The notes: generated from the sequence alone by a model not told the origin. DNA of 64,000 bases from an uncultured bacterium (GCA_963749495.1 CAVVMW010000023.1:64001-128000), one strand, 5' to 3'; counted from the first letter of the stretch, positions 42,161-52,332 are shown. Numbers and translations: made by a program.

Positions 42161-43067
42161 GCGTCGCGGAGCAACGCAGTGAAGGTAGCCGCGGACCTCG
42201 GTCCACGGTAAGGGGACGGGGAAATGGCCTCGCGTCGCGTAGCGACGCCTGACAGCGTCGCGGTTTTCGGGCGTCGCTACGCGACGCGGTCGAGCTTGGG
42301 CCATGGGTCCGTGGACTGGAAGTCCACGGCTACCATCGGGCACCGCTACGCGGTGAGCCGGACGCAGCGCACGCGTCGCGGCTGTGAGTCGCTCATCACA
42401 TCTCAGGCGTATGGCATCGGCTACGCGGTGAGCCGGACGCAGCGCACGCGTCGCGGAGCGACGCAGTGAAGGTAGCCGTGGACCTCGGTCCACGGTTTGC
42501 GGCGTGGGAACGAGCCGCGTCGCGTAGCGACGCCTGACAGCGTCGCGGTTTTCGGGCGTCGCTACGCAACGCGGTCGAGCTTGGGCCATGGGTCCGTGGA
42601 CTGGAAGTCCACGGCTACCATCGGGCACCGCTACGCGGTGAGCCGGACGCAGCGCACGCGTCGCGGAGCAACGCAGTGAAGGTAGCCGTGGACCTCGGTC
42701 CACGGTTGGGGACGGGGAAATGGCCTCGCGTCGCGTAGCGACGCCTGACAGCGTCGCGGTTTTCTGGCGTCGCTACGCAACGCGGTCGAGCTTGGGCCAT
42801 GGGTCCGTGGACTGGAAGTCCACGGCTACCATCGGGCACCGCTACGCGGTGAGCCGGACGCAGCGCACGCGTCGCGGAGCAACGCGGTGAAGGTAGCCGT
42901 GGACCTCGGTCCACGGTTGGGGGACGGGGAAATGGCCTCGCGTCGCGTAGCGACGCCTGACAGCGTCGCGGTTTTCTGGCGTCGCTACGCGACGCGGTCG
43001 AGCTTGGGCCATGGGTCCGTGGACTGGAAGTCCACGGCTACCATCGGGCACCGCTACGCGGTGAGCC
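42161..43067. repeat. Tandem array of ~211-bp palindromic REPIN-like units (family F): 4 units plus one short aberrant unit
   Basis: Units start at ~42161, 42448, 42658 and 42869; each contains GCGTCGCGTAGCGACGC and CCGTGGAC..GTCCACGG hairpins in inverted arrangement. Confidence 0.93.
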
Positions 43068-43080
43068 AGCCCACCTCTGC

Positions 43081-43893
43081 CTACGGCCACGCCGCTCCGG
43101 GCGCATAGCGCCGCAGGTACCTGACCGCCACGGTCAACTCCTTGGGCCAGGGCGCCGCCAGGGTGAGCATTTGGCCGGAGACAGGGTGGGGCAAGGCCAG
43201 GGCATGGGCGTGCAGGGCGGCGCGCGGTGTGAGGGGATGCTCGATTTGATTGGGCTTGAGCCGGTAATCGCGTTTGAGCCTGGAGAGCAGGAGCAGCGGG
43301 CCGCCGTAGAGGCGGTCCCCGGCCAGGGGCAGGCCCGCGCGACGGAGATGGACCCGCACCTGGTGAGGACGGTCCGCCAAGGGCTCGCACTGGAGAAGCG
43401 TCCAGCCGTTAAAACGTTCGAGCACTTCAAAGAGGGTGCGGGAGCGCTTGCCGTGCCTGAGGTCCACGCGCGTGCGGCCGGGCATGGCCGGGTGCCGGCC
43501 CAGGGGAGCGTCCACCTCGAAACGGTCCTCGGCAGGCGCGCCGTGGACCAGGGCGACGAACTTGCGTCCGGGGTGCTCGGCGCCGAACCATTGCCGGAGT
43601 GTGGCCAGCACCGCCCGGCTCTTGGCCAGGAGCAAGACACCGCTGGCCTCGGCGTCGAGGCGGTGGGCAGCGCGGAGCCAGGTGCGCCCGTTGGAAACCG
43701 CCCAGGGTTTGCCCGAGGCTATCCCGGCGTGCAGCAGCGGCACCAGGCCCGGTTGGTCCGGCGCCTCGGGCCTCGGCGACACCGGCAGGTCCCCGGGCTT
43801 GTCCAGCGCCAGCAGGTGCTCGTCCTCGTGAAGGACGGGGATCTCCCAGAACTGGTGGGTCGCCGGCGACGACAGTTTGAGTGCAGCGCTCAC
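43081..43893 (-). CDS. RluA family RNA pseudouridine synthase
   Basis: LDKPG, HRLDAEASGVLLLAK, HQVRVHL..GLPLAGDRLYG, ALHA..L.HP; GTG start inferred. Confidence 0.9.
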   Translation of the reverse strand: MSAALKLSSPATHQFWEIPVLHEDEHLLALDKPGDLPVSPRPEAPDQPGLVPLLHAGIASGKPWAVSNGRTWLRAAHRLDAEASGVLLLAKSRAVLATLRQWFGAEHPGRKFVALVHGAPAEDRFEVDAPLGRHPAMPGRTRVDLRHGKRSRTLFEVLERFNGWTLLQCEPLADRPHQVRVHLRRAGLPLAGDRLYGGPLLLLSRLKRDYRLKPNQIEHPLTPRAALHAHALALPHPVSGQMLTLAAPWPKELTVAVRYLRRYAPGAAWP

Positions 43894-45782
43894 GCAGCCC
43901 GGCCGCCCGGCTTCCATGAACCGACCCCGAGCCCGCAAGGTTTCGGAGTGCGGCAGTCCTCTGCCGCTTTCGCGTCCCCACGCTCCAAAAAGCGCCAGAG
44001 GACTGGCGCAGTCCAAAACGCTTCGCGGCAGGCGATGCCGGTCCGGTTCATGGTCCCCATGCGCGACCTCAAAGCCGTGGAGGCCCTCTCAGGTCTTGTT
44101 GGCCGCCGGGCGCGAGGAGAGGTTGGCCGGCGGCGGCTTTTCTCTTCGACGTAAGGCGGGCGGACGCTCCTGGTGAACTGCTCGCTGAACCATTCGTTGA
44201 AGGCCTCCGTTTGCCACCGCTCGCGCAGCCCCTGGGCGAACGCGGGCAGCTCCTTGGTCATCGTCGCCCGGTCCAGGGGCACCTTGGATTTGACGAAGAG
44301 GATGAGGGCGCCGTCGCTGGTCCCCTGGACATTGCTGGCCTTGCCGACAGCCGTGGTGAAGGCCGCGTTCTTGAGCACCCCCAGGCTCACGGATTCCTCG
44401 ATCTCCGGGAGGGCACGCGTGCTGAGCGAAAATGGAGGCAGCGGCGTCGGGCTGACCTTGGCGGCGGCGCAGAAGGCCGCAAAGCTCTTGCCCTGGGCGA
44501 TGCCATTGGTGAGGCTGGAGTGGAAGGCGATGGCCGCCTGCTGTGCCAGGGCCTTGGCTTGCTCGGACTTGTAGTCGGCTGCCACCTGGTCCCGGATCTT
44601 GTCCAGCGGCGGGTATTCGGCGGGCAGGTTGTTCTTGTAGGCAATGACATAGACCCCATCGTTGCCGTCGATGGGGCTGGCCAGCGGTTGGTCGGGTGTG
44701 AGCCTGAAGGCGGCGTTGAGGAAATCCTCGCCGGCGTCGACGCCCTTGGGCTCGTGGTCGTTGTCGAACGGTTCGGTGACCGCGACGGTCAGGCCGTTGG
44801 TCTGGGCCTTGGCTGCCTTGTCGAGGTCGTCGGGGTGCTGCACCGGCGCGTCCAGAAGCGGGCGCACAAATTCATTGGCCTGGCTGTGGGCCTCGAACAG
44901 GGCGCGCCCTCGGATGATTTCCTCGCGAATCCTGGCCCTGGCCTGCTCGGGGGTCTTGACGTCCTTGAAGAACGGGACCTTGTCATAATTGGTGCCTATG
45001 CGCCGGAGGGTGTCCTCGACGTTCTCGTTGAGGTTGGTCTTGGCCAGGAACTGCTCGGCCTCGGTCCAGAAATTGGTGAGGGGGAACTTGACATAACTGA
45101 CCTGGACCCGCTTCGGGATGCGGTAAACGGCCAGGCTATTGCTGTAGAAGGTATTGAGCGCCTCCGGCGTGACGCTCACCCGGGCGAGGTAATTCGAGGC
45201 GTTGAAAAAGACGGCCTCCGTGGCCAATTCCTGGTGTTCGCTCACGTAGAGGTCCTGGATCTGCTCCGGGGTGGCCAGCTTGCCGCCCACGGCCACAGTG
45301 GCCATCAATTCCTGGAGACCCAGGTAGTGCCTGACGTAGCGCTCCAGGTCGTCAAGCTGAAAGCCGCTCTTCTCCAACAGCCGCGCGATCCCCTCCGGCG
45401 ACATGTTTTCCATGCCGCGCATCGAGCGGAGCATGTTCCTGGCCACCTCGGCCACCATCTGGCTGGAGATATGGATGCCGAGCTGCTCCTGCTTCTGGGT
45501 GAGCAGCAGCCATTGCAGGGACTCCCGTTCCAAGTTCTTCCGGCTCTCCTCGTCCATGGCCCGTCCGTTGCGGAGCAAAAACATCAATTGCATCTCCCGC
45601 ACCGCCTGGCTCATCGCCTCGTCGCTGATCTTATGGCCATCGATCGTCCCCAGGTTCATCGGCCGTACCCGCTCCCGGTTGATCTTCGAATACGGCGAGA
45701 AATAAATCACAAAGCTGATCACCGTGAACGTGATAATCACGAGCCACAACCACTTCTGGTGCCTTCGAATCGTCCCAAACAT
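43890..45782 (-). CDS. PpiD/SurA N-terminal-domain periplasmic chaperone (true stop may be ~44089)
   Basis: MFGTIRRHQKWLWLVIITFTVISFVIYF N-terminal anchor; GTIDGHKIS; RVQVSYVKF; helical chaperone-like body. Confidence 0.82.
   Translation of the reverse strand: MFGTIRRHQKWLWLVIITFTVISFVIYFSPYSKINRERVRPMNLGTIDGHKISDEAMSQAVREMQLMFLLRNGRAMDEESRKNLERESLQWLLLTQKQEQLGIHISSQMVAEVARNMLRSMRGMENMSPEGIARLLEKSGFQLDDLERYVRHYLGLQELMATVAVGGKLATPEQIQDLYVSEHQELATEAVFFNASNYLARVSVTPEALNTFYSNSLAVYRIPKRVQVSYVKFPLTNFWTEAEQFLAKTNLNENVEDTLRRIGTNYDKVPFFKDVKTPEQARARIREEIIRGRALFEAHSQANEFVRPLLDAPVQHPDDLDKAAKAQTNGLTVAVTEPFDNDHEPKGVDAGEDFLNAAFRLTPDQPLASPIDGNDGVYVIAYKNNLPAEYPPLDKIRDQVAADYKSEQAKALAQQAAIAFHSSLTNGIAQGKSFAAFCAAAKVSPTPLPPFSLSTRALPEIEESVSLGVLKNAAFTTAVGKASNVQGTSDGALILFVKSKVPLDRATMTKELPAFAQGLRERWQTEAFNEWFSEQFTRSVRPPYVEEKSRRRPTSPRARRPTRPERASTALRSRMGTMNRTGIACREAFWTAPVLWRFLERGDAKAAEDCRTPKPCGLGVGSWKPGGRAA
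43939..44020. repeat. REP doublet, family C
   Basis: gtttcggagtgcggcagtcctctgccgcttt ... aaagcgccagaggactggcgcagtccaaaac. Confidence 0.9.
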
Positions 45783-45866
45783 AAATGCAATTCACTCTAA
45801 GAGGGCGCAACGTAACGGTCTTCCCCAAGCCGGGTCAAACGCAAAATGGGAAAAAATGAGCGGGCA

Positions 45867-45991
45867 GGCAGGATCATTGACGGCAAAACCATCCTGGCAA
45901 AATCATTTTCGGCAGAGTTATTTGAAAAAACTCTCTGTAAATGATTTTGCCAGCAGTGATTCTGCCCGCCTCCCGAAATTGAATGGTTCTG
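45867..45991. repeat. Inverted 14-15-mer arrays (GGCAAAATCAT-N3/4)x4 ... (ATGATTTTGCC)x2-3
   Basis: Seen directly; a half copy lies at ~56778-56821. Confidence 0.75.
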
Positions 45992-46056
45992 CGGCCTGAG
46001 CCGAATCTCTTTGCATTGGGGCCGAGGACTCTCTACTATCGGGCTGTTGGCTTACG

Positions 46057-46310
<254 letters not shown>

Positions 46311-46317
<7 letters not shown>

Positions 46318-46516
46318 AGGCTAAAGGCTAAAGGCTAAAAAACAGTCCACAGTCCACAGTCCACAGTCCACACTCGGGGAGACGAAGACTCCGGGGCGAG
46401 GCTCAAGGGACGAATGACCAAAGACGTGAGGAGTCTGCGCTCTGGATAACGCTTCGCTCGATGGTCTTTGGACTGTGGACTCTGGACTGTGGACTTGCAC
46501 TTTAGCCTTTAGCCTT
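46311..46516. repeat. Nested inverted heptamer arrays: (GGCTAAA)n(AGTCCAC)n ... (GTGGACT)n(TTTAGCC)n
   Basis: Seen directly between convergent genes. Confidence 0.9.
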
Positions 46517-46519
46517 TCC

Positions 46520-47953
46520 TCAACACGCGGGCCAGCCGGGCCGGGCTGGGCGTTGGAGCCAGCGGTTGAGTTCGGGCAGATTCGTTATCTTGCCGTTCGG
46601 GCCGTCCCACTGGACCTTGTTGCCGACGCCGGCGTGTTGGGCAAGGTTGCCCAGGAGGACGAACTCTGTGAGTTGCGCGCCGTAATCGAAGCTGGCGGCC
46701 GTGTCCTTGCGGCCTTCGCGGCAGGCCTCGAGAAAATCGGTCATGATATTCTCGGGCCGCGGCAGCATCCTGGGGACCTGGTTGAACTCGTTCATCCTCT
46801 CCCGCGGCAGGATGTGCATGCTCCCGTAGGTGTCAGTGTAGAGGATGCCTTTTTCGCCGACATAAAAAGTCCCGCCGCCGTAATCAAATTGCTCATCCGG
46901 GTATTTGCCGAGCAACTCGGCAAAGAGAGGCGGCAGGTTTTGGTCCTTGCCCTTGGCGGATTGCAGGCTGCCGCTGGCGCTGCTTTGGGCATCTTTCCTG
47001 AGGCCCTCGTACCAGTAGGCCCTGAGCGCCGGCATCTGGCCCCGCGCCGGCACGTCGTAGCGCAGGCGGCAGCCGCTCGGATACGACTCGTTGGTGCCGC
47101 CCCGGACCTCCTCCAGCTCGATGCTGGCCGGATGCTCGACCTTGAGCGCCCAAAACACGCCGTCCAGGACATGGCACCCCATATTGCCCAGCGAGCCGTT
47201 GCCGAAATCGAACCACCCGTGCCAGTCATGGGGGTGGAGACCGCGATGATATTCGCGGTAAGGAGCGGGGCCGACCCACTCGTCCCAATGCAGGCCCTGG
47301 GGCACGGGCAGCGTGGGCGGACGCGCCCCGTCCCAGCCGTTGGCGCGGTCGGTCCAGCTATAGGTCTCGGTGATCTTGCCGACCACCCCGCTCCAGACGA
47401 ACTCGCAGAGCTTGCGGTAGCCCGCCAGGCAATGACCCTGGTTGCCCATCTGGGTCGGGGCCTTGGATTGGCGCGCCAGCTCGCGCAGACGGCGCGCCTC
47501 GTGGATGTCATGGCACAGCGGCTTCTCGCAGAAGACCGCCTTGCCCATCTGCATCGCCAGCATGGCGGGCGGGGCATGGTGATGGTTGGGCGTGGCGATG
47601 AAGACCGCATCGATGCCTTGGCCGATCTTGTCGAACATCACGCGGTAATCGGTGAAGACCTGCAGCCGGGCGGGGTCTTGCCCGTTCTTCTCCAGGAACC
47701 GCTTGACCTCGCCGTGGCGCTTCTCGTCCGGATCCACGATGGCCACGATGTTGTCCTTGCTCTGCTTGACCAGCCAGTCCAGGTGCTCGCTCAGCCCGCG
47801 CCCCCCGCAGCCGATCTGCACACAATTGAGCTTGCGCCCAGGCTCGGCGGCGCAGAGCAGGCCGGGGCCCGGGCCAAAACGGGCGGCGGACAGGGCGGTG
47901 GCGCCCAGGGCGGTGCGTTTGAGGAAACCGCGGCGGGTCAACGAGTCTTTCAT
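46520..47953 (-). CDS. Tat-exported Gfo/Idh/MocA family oxidoreductase
   Basis: TRRGFLK signal; IGCGGRG; DAVFIATPNHHH; FCEKPL; GNMGCHVLD. Confidence 0.93.
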   Translation of the reverse strand: MKDSLTRRGFLKRTALGATALSAARFGPGPGLLCAAEPGRKLNCVQIGCGGRGLSEHLDWLVKQSKDNIVAIVDPDEKRHGEVKRFLEKNGQDPARLQVFTDYRVMFDKIGQGIDAVFIATPNHHHAPPAMLAMQMGKAVFCEKPLCHDIHEARRLRELARQSKAPTQMGNQGHCLAGYRKLCEFVWSGVVGKITETYSWTDRANGWDGARPPTLPVPQGLHWDEWVGPAPYREYHRGLHPHDWHGWFDFGNGSLGNMGCHVLDGVFWALKVEHPASIELEEVRGGTNESYPSGCRLRYDVPARGQMPALRAYWYEGLRKDAQSSASGSLQSAKGKDQNLPPLFAELLGKYPDEQFDYGGGTFYVGEKGILYTDTYGSMHILPRERMNEFNQVPRMLPRPENIMTDFLEACREGRKDTAASFDYGAQLTEFVLLGNLAQHAGVGNKVQWDGPNGKITNLPELNRWLQRPARPGWPAC

Positions 47954-48013
47954 GCTGCGCCCAAGGGTAGCCGAACCAGCCGGGATTGGCAATGGTCGAA
48001 TTGGGGTCAGATC

Positions 48014-50047
48014 TCAACATTTGACATTTGTGGTGCCGGGACGCGCCCCTCCAGGCGTCAATTCAATGCCCACAATGCAAACATCATCGGCGAAGCCTGT
48101 CCCACCGGCGAAGAGTTTGATCTCCTGGAGCACCTGGTCGAACATCTCGGGGGCGGGCAGTTGGGCCCGCTGGCGCACGCCCTCCAGGAGCTGCGCCTGG
48201 GTGTAGAGTTGGCCCTGCTGGTTCTGCACCTCGTAGAGGCCGTCGGTGAAGAGCATGATGAGGTCCTTGGGGCCGAGTTTGGCTTGGGAGGCTTGATAGG
48301 AGGCGTCTTCGAAGATGCCCAGGGCAGGCTGGCTCTTGCCCGAGGCATTGGCCAGCGGCTGGACCGTCCCGTCACTGCGGCGCACGTGCAGCGGCTTGGG
48401 GTGGCCTGCGTTGCCGTAGGCGGCCAGACCCGTCCGCCCGTCCGCCACGAGGTAAAACGCCGTCGTGAGCATCGGCGTGCCGGCGTGCCTGAGGATGGCG
48501 CACAGATCGCTGTTGAGCTTGGTCAGGAAGCAGCCGGGGTCGCTGGCCACCGGTTTGAGTTCCTCGACCAGGGCCCGGATCATCGCGGTGACCAGCGCCG
48601 CCTGCACCCCGTGCCCGGACACGTCGCAGATAAAGACCCCGGCCTCCGTCTCAGACAGGGCCGAGACGGTGAAGAAGTCCCCGCCCACGCGGCCGGTCGG
48701 CAGGTAGCGGGGCGTGAACTCAAAGGCGCTCGGCCCCGCGCCCCCGGCGCCGGCAAACACCGGGTACTGCTGCGGGAGCATCGTCAATTGGATCTCCTGC
48801 GCCATCTTCAATTCGTCTTCCATCTGCGCGTTCTTGGCGCGCAGTTCCTTGCGGTTCTGGGCCAGGAGCGCGTTGACCCGGCGGATCTTCTCGTCCGCCA
48901 GCCGCTGCTGCGTGATGTCCCAAAAGATCCCTTGCAGGCCCATCATCAGTCCGTCCGCCCCGCGCAGCGGCGTCTTGACGACCTGCACGTAAATCTTCTC
49001 CCGGCCTGGCGGCTGGTGCTCCTCGACCGTGGCGTAGCTCTCGCCGGTCGCGATCACCTGCTGGTCGTCGCGCTGGTACTTGGCGGCCAACTCGGCCGGA
49101 AAGAAGTCGAAATCGGTCTTGCCCACGATCTCCTGCAAGGTCCGGCCCAGGCTGCGGCAAAACTGCTGGTTGGCGAAGGTGAACCGCCCCTGGAGGTCCT
49201 TGCGAAAGATATTCTGGGGCAGTGTCTCGACCAGCGAATGGTAGAGCGACTCCGAATTGCGCAGGTCTTCTTCGACCTGCTTGCGCTGGGAGATGTCCTC
49301 GACGGTGCCTTCGTAGTAAAGGAGCCGGGCTTGGTCGTCGCGCGTCGCGTGGCAATTCTCCGAAATCCAGATCACCGCGCCGTCCTTGCGGAAGACCTGG
49401 GATTCGAAATGGGAGAGCGTGTCGTGCTCCTGCATCAGCCGGACGAACTCGTCGCGCCGGCCCGGTTTGACATAAAGGCTGCGCCCGATGTCGGTCAGGG
49501 TCCGGGTCAGCTCCTCGGGCGAGGCATAGCCGTAGATGCGCGCCAGGGCGGCGTTGGCCATCAGGTATTGCCCTTGAGGTGTCGTCTGGAAGATCCCTTC
49601 CACCAGGTGATCGAAGAGCCGGTGGTATTTCTCCTCGGCCGCCAGGAGCGCCATGTCCAGGCGATAGCGCTCGATCGCATAGCGCACGGATCGCTCCAGG
49701 GCGCCCGGCGTGAGCTGGGACTTGACCAGGTAATCCTGCGCCCCTTCGTGCACCGCCTCGACGGCCACCACCTCATCGTCCACGTCGCCGCAAACGATGA
49801 TCGGCAGCCCGGGTGCCCTCTGGCGAATCACCTGGACGTTGCCCAGGCCCGCGCCATCCGGCACGCACAAGTCCAGGACCACCGCGTCGAAAGCCGCCTG
49901 CCGCAGGGCGTCGAGCCCCGCCCCGAAATCCACCGCCACCTCCGCGACGGCCGGCAGGCTGCGCGCCTGGCCCAGCATGTCGCCCAGGTAGCGCGCAAAG
50001 ACCGCGTCATGCTCGATCACCAGAATTCGCAGTGTTTCCCCGGGCAT
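48014..50047 (-). CDS. REC-PAS-PAS-PP2C (SpoIIE/RsbU-like) phosphatase
   Basis: Receiver (GAQDYLVK), two PAS domains, VGGDFF, DVSGHG, NAGHP, FTDGL, DDVC. Confidence 0.93.
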   Translation of the reverse strand: MPGETLRILVIEHDAVFARYLGDMLGQARSLPAVAEVAVDFGAGLDALRQAAFDAVVLDLCVPDGAGLGNVQVIRQRAPGLPIIVCGDVDDEVVAVEAVHEGAQDYLVKSQLTPGALERSVRYAIERYRLDMALLAAEEKYHRLFDHLVEGIFQTTPQGQYLMANAALARIYGYASPEELTRTLTDIGRSLYVKPGRRDEFVRLMQEHDTLSHFESQVFRKDGAVIWISENCHATRDDQARLLYYEGTVEDISQRKQVEEDLRNSESLYHSLVETLPQNIFRKDLQGRFTFANQQFCRSLGRTLQEIVGKTDFDFFPAELAAKYQRDDQQVIATGESYATVEEHQPPGREKIYVQVVKTPLRGADGLMMGLQGIFWDITQQRLADEKIRRVNALLAQNRKELRAKNAQMEDELKMAQEIQLTMLPQQYPVFAGAGGAGPSAFEFTPRYLPTGRVGGDFFTVSALSETEAGVFICDVSGHGVQAALVTAMIRALVEELKPVASDPGCFLTKLNSDLCAILRHAGTPMLTTAFYLVADGRTGLAAYGNAGHPKPLHVRRSDGTVQPLANASGKSQPALGIFEDASYQASQAKLGPKDLIMLFTDGLYEVQNQQGQLYTQAQLLEGVRQRAQLPAPEMFDQVLQEIKLFAGGTGFADDVCIVGIELTPGGARPGTTNVKC

Positions 50048-50122
50048 ATAGCAAAAGGGTTCCCCGCCCCGGCGGGGCGCCCCGCGCCGTCGCGTTCTGG
50101 GCGGCAACGAGGCCCCCGAGGC

Positions 50123-50883
50123 CTACTTGATTTCGAGCGCGGTGAACGGGTTGTTGGTGAACGCGCCCGGCTTGGAGGTCTGGGCTTGAGGCTCAGGTTG
50201 GGGTTGGGCTTCGGGCGCCGACGGCCTGATGACCTGGACGGCCGGGGCCGGCTGCGGCTCTGTCTCCGGCTGGACGGCTGGCTCCTCGGCCTGGCCGTTG
50301 CCGCCTTCGACCTGGCGCGGGTTCCGGGCCCGTTTGTTCCTGGGCAGAGGGCTAATCATCACGTTAATGCCCCGGCCGATCAACTTGGGCTCGAAATCCT
50401 GGTGCCCGAAGGCCTGGATCTCGCCCAGGAACTTCTGGACCACCTGGAACCCGTACTCCGTGTGCGCCATCTCGCGGCCCCGGAATTTGAGCGTCACCTT
50501 GATCTTCATGTCCTCGCAGAGGAAATCGATGGCGTGCTCGATTTTCACCGCCAGGTCGTGCGGATCGATCTTGGGCTCAACTGGACCTCTTTGACCCTCG
50601 TCGCGTGCTGATGCTTTTTGGACTCCTTCTCCCGCTTGGCCTGTTCGTAACGGAATTTTCCGTAGTCCACCAACCGGCAGACCGGCGGCGTGGCGTTGGG
50701 GGCAATCTCCACCAAATCCACACCCTTGGCCCGCGCCAGATTCAGCGCCTCGCCCAGGCTCATCACTCCCAACTGCCTGGCATCGTCACCGATGACCCGG
50801 ACCTCGCGAGCACGGATTTTCCCGTTTACCCTGACGAATGGACCCGAAGAAAAGGAAGAACGTGAAGGAAAAGGGCGGCTCAA
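50123..50883 (-). CDS. infC: Translation initiation factor IF-3; frameshift ~50560
   Basis: [55 protein letters not shown] start. Confidence 0.95.
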
Positions 50884-51083
50884 GACACCCTCGCCGGTTG
50901 AAACTTATTCATGCAATAGCTTAACCATTATTCAGGCAGCTCCGTACAGCAAAACTATGCTCACTCCCTGTGCTTACCCCTTCGGGGCGCGGGATGCAAG
51001 CAAAAAAAACCAAAAAAAGAGCCGAGCACAAAGGACATGCCCGGCGTGATCTAGCCATTCCCGACCGAGCCGGGAACGACCTC

Positions 51084-51218
51084 CTACTTATTCGTACTTG
51101 CTGGAGCGTTTGTGCTTCTCTCAATAGGAGGTGAGGTCTGGTCGCCGCCGCCGCAGCCCGTGAGGACCGCGCTGGCAAACAGACCCAATAGTACCATAAG
51201 GGCAATGATCCTTTTCAT
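51084..51218 (-). CDS. 44-aa putative lipoprotein (not in the ORF track)
   Basis: MKRIIALMVLLGLFASAVLTG-CGGGDQTSPPIERSTNAPASTNK*: basic n-region, h-region and LTGC lipobox. Confidence 0.7.
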   Translation of the reverse strand: MKRIIALMVLLGLFASAVLTGCGGGDQTSPPIERSTNAPASTNK

Positions 51219-51319
51219 AGGTGGCCGTAACTTCTACAAAATCCTTGAGAAGGACAAGAAAAATCTTTCGGGGAATTGCTTTTGCCCCGCCAAACTGGCA
51301 GAGTCGGCTGCGGACACTG

Positions 51320-52255
51320 ATGAAAGACACGGTCTTCCAGGCCCTGGCCGAGGCGGCGCGCACCGGAGAATCGGTGGCCCTGGGCATCATCATCGGCGTC
51401 AAAGGCTCCAGCCCCCAAAAGACCGGGGCCAAGGCCCTGTTTTACTCGGACGGCCGCATTCGAGGCACGATGGGCGGGGGGTGTCTGGAGGCCGAAATCC
51501 AGCAGCGGGCCATCCAATCGCTGCAGAGCGGCCGGGCGGCGGCCTTCGAACTGGTGCTCGATCACGATTTCGGTTGGGACGACGGCCTGGTCTGTGGAGG
51601 CAAGGTCAGCGGCGTGATTCTGCCCGGTGCGCAGAGGGCCGGCGAGGGGTTCTGGGGGGAGTTGGCGGAGCGGAAGACCGCCCGGGCCTGGGGCGTCAAG
51701 GCGGATTTTTGCCTGGCGGTTGTTCCTGACGCTGAGCCGGTTGCCGCGCCCGGATGGCTCTACCAGGAGCGGGTCAGCCCGCCCTGCGCCTTGTGGATAG
51801 CCGGCGCCGGGCATATCGCGCGGGCGGTCGCGCCCCTGGCCCTCCAGTTGGACTTCGATGTGACCGTCCTGGACGACCGGCCCGCGCTGGCCAGCCGCCA
51901 GTACTTTGGAGAGGAAGTCGCCTTGCGCGCCGAAGTCTGGGAGAAGTTGCTCGCCCTGCCCCTGCCCTGCGTCCCCACGTTCGGGCTTATCGTCACCCGT
52001 GGCCATCGCCACGATGCCCTCGTCCTGGCCGACTGGATTCACAAGCCGTTCCAGTTCCTGGGCATGATAGGCAGCGCCAGGAAGGCCCGCACCATTTTCG
52101 AACATTTGCTCGACCAGAAAATCGCCACAGCCCAGGACCTCCAACGCGTTGCCTGCCCCGTGGGCGTCCCGATCCGCTGCCGGACCGTGCCGGAAATCGC
52201 CGTGAGCATCCTGGCCCAGTTTATTGACAAGCGGGCCGAGGCCGCCGGCCAGTAG
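51320..52255 (+). CDS. XdhC/CoxI family molybdoenzyme accessory protein
   Basis: GSSPQKTGAK..GTMGGGCLEAE, CGGKV, GAGHIA, TRGHRHD, GMIGSARK, PVGV..VPEIAVSILAQ. Confidence 0.92.
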   Translation: MKDTVFQALAEAARTGESVALGIIIGVKGSSPQKTGAKALFYSDGRIRGTMGGGCLEAEIQQRAIQSLQSGRAAAFELVLDHDFGWDDGLVCGGKVSGVILPGAQRAGEGFWGELAERKTARAWGVKADFCLAVVPDAEPVAAPGWLYQERVSPPCALWIAGAGHIARAVAPLALQLDFDVTVLDDRPALASRQYFGEEVALRAEVWEKLLALPLPCVPTFGLIVTRGHRHDALVLADWIHKPFQFLGMIGSARKARTIFEHLLDQKIATAQDLQRVACPVGVPIRCRTVPEIAVSILAQFIDKRAEAAGQ

Positions 52256-52332
52256 TCAAAAGCCGGTGCTCAGTCCGCCAATCGGTACCACCACGGCGCG
52301 AACGATGGGGCACAACGCCCGCATGTCGAATC

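Noticed and set aside
42161..43067. Possible CRISPR array
   Set aside because: Units are ~211 bp and nearly identical throughout, with no short-repeat/unique-spacer alternation and no cas genes in the window.
46475..50611. 1378-aa plus-strand ORF (and similar long ORFs at 10786-13536, 15878-17881 and 52647-54896)
   Set aside because: These are antisense shadows of well-supported genes, expected in high-GC codon usage, and carry no recognisable domains.
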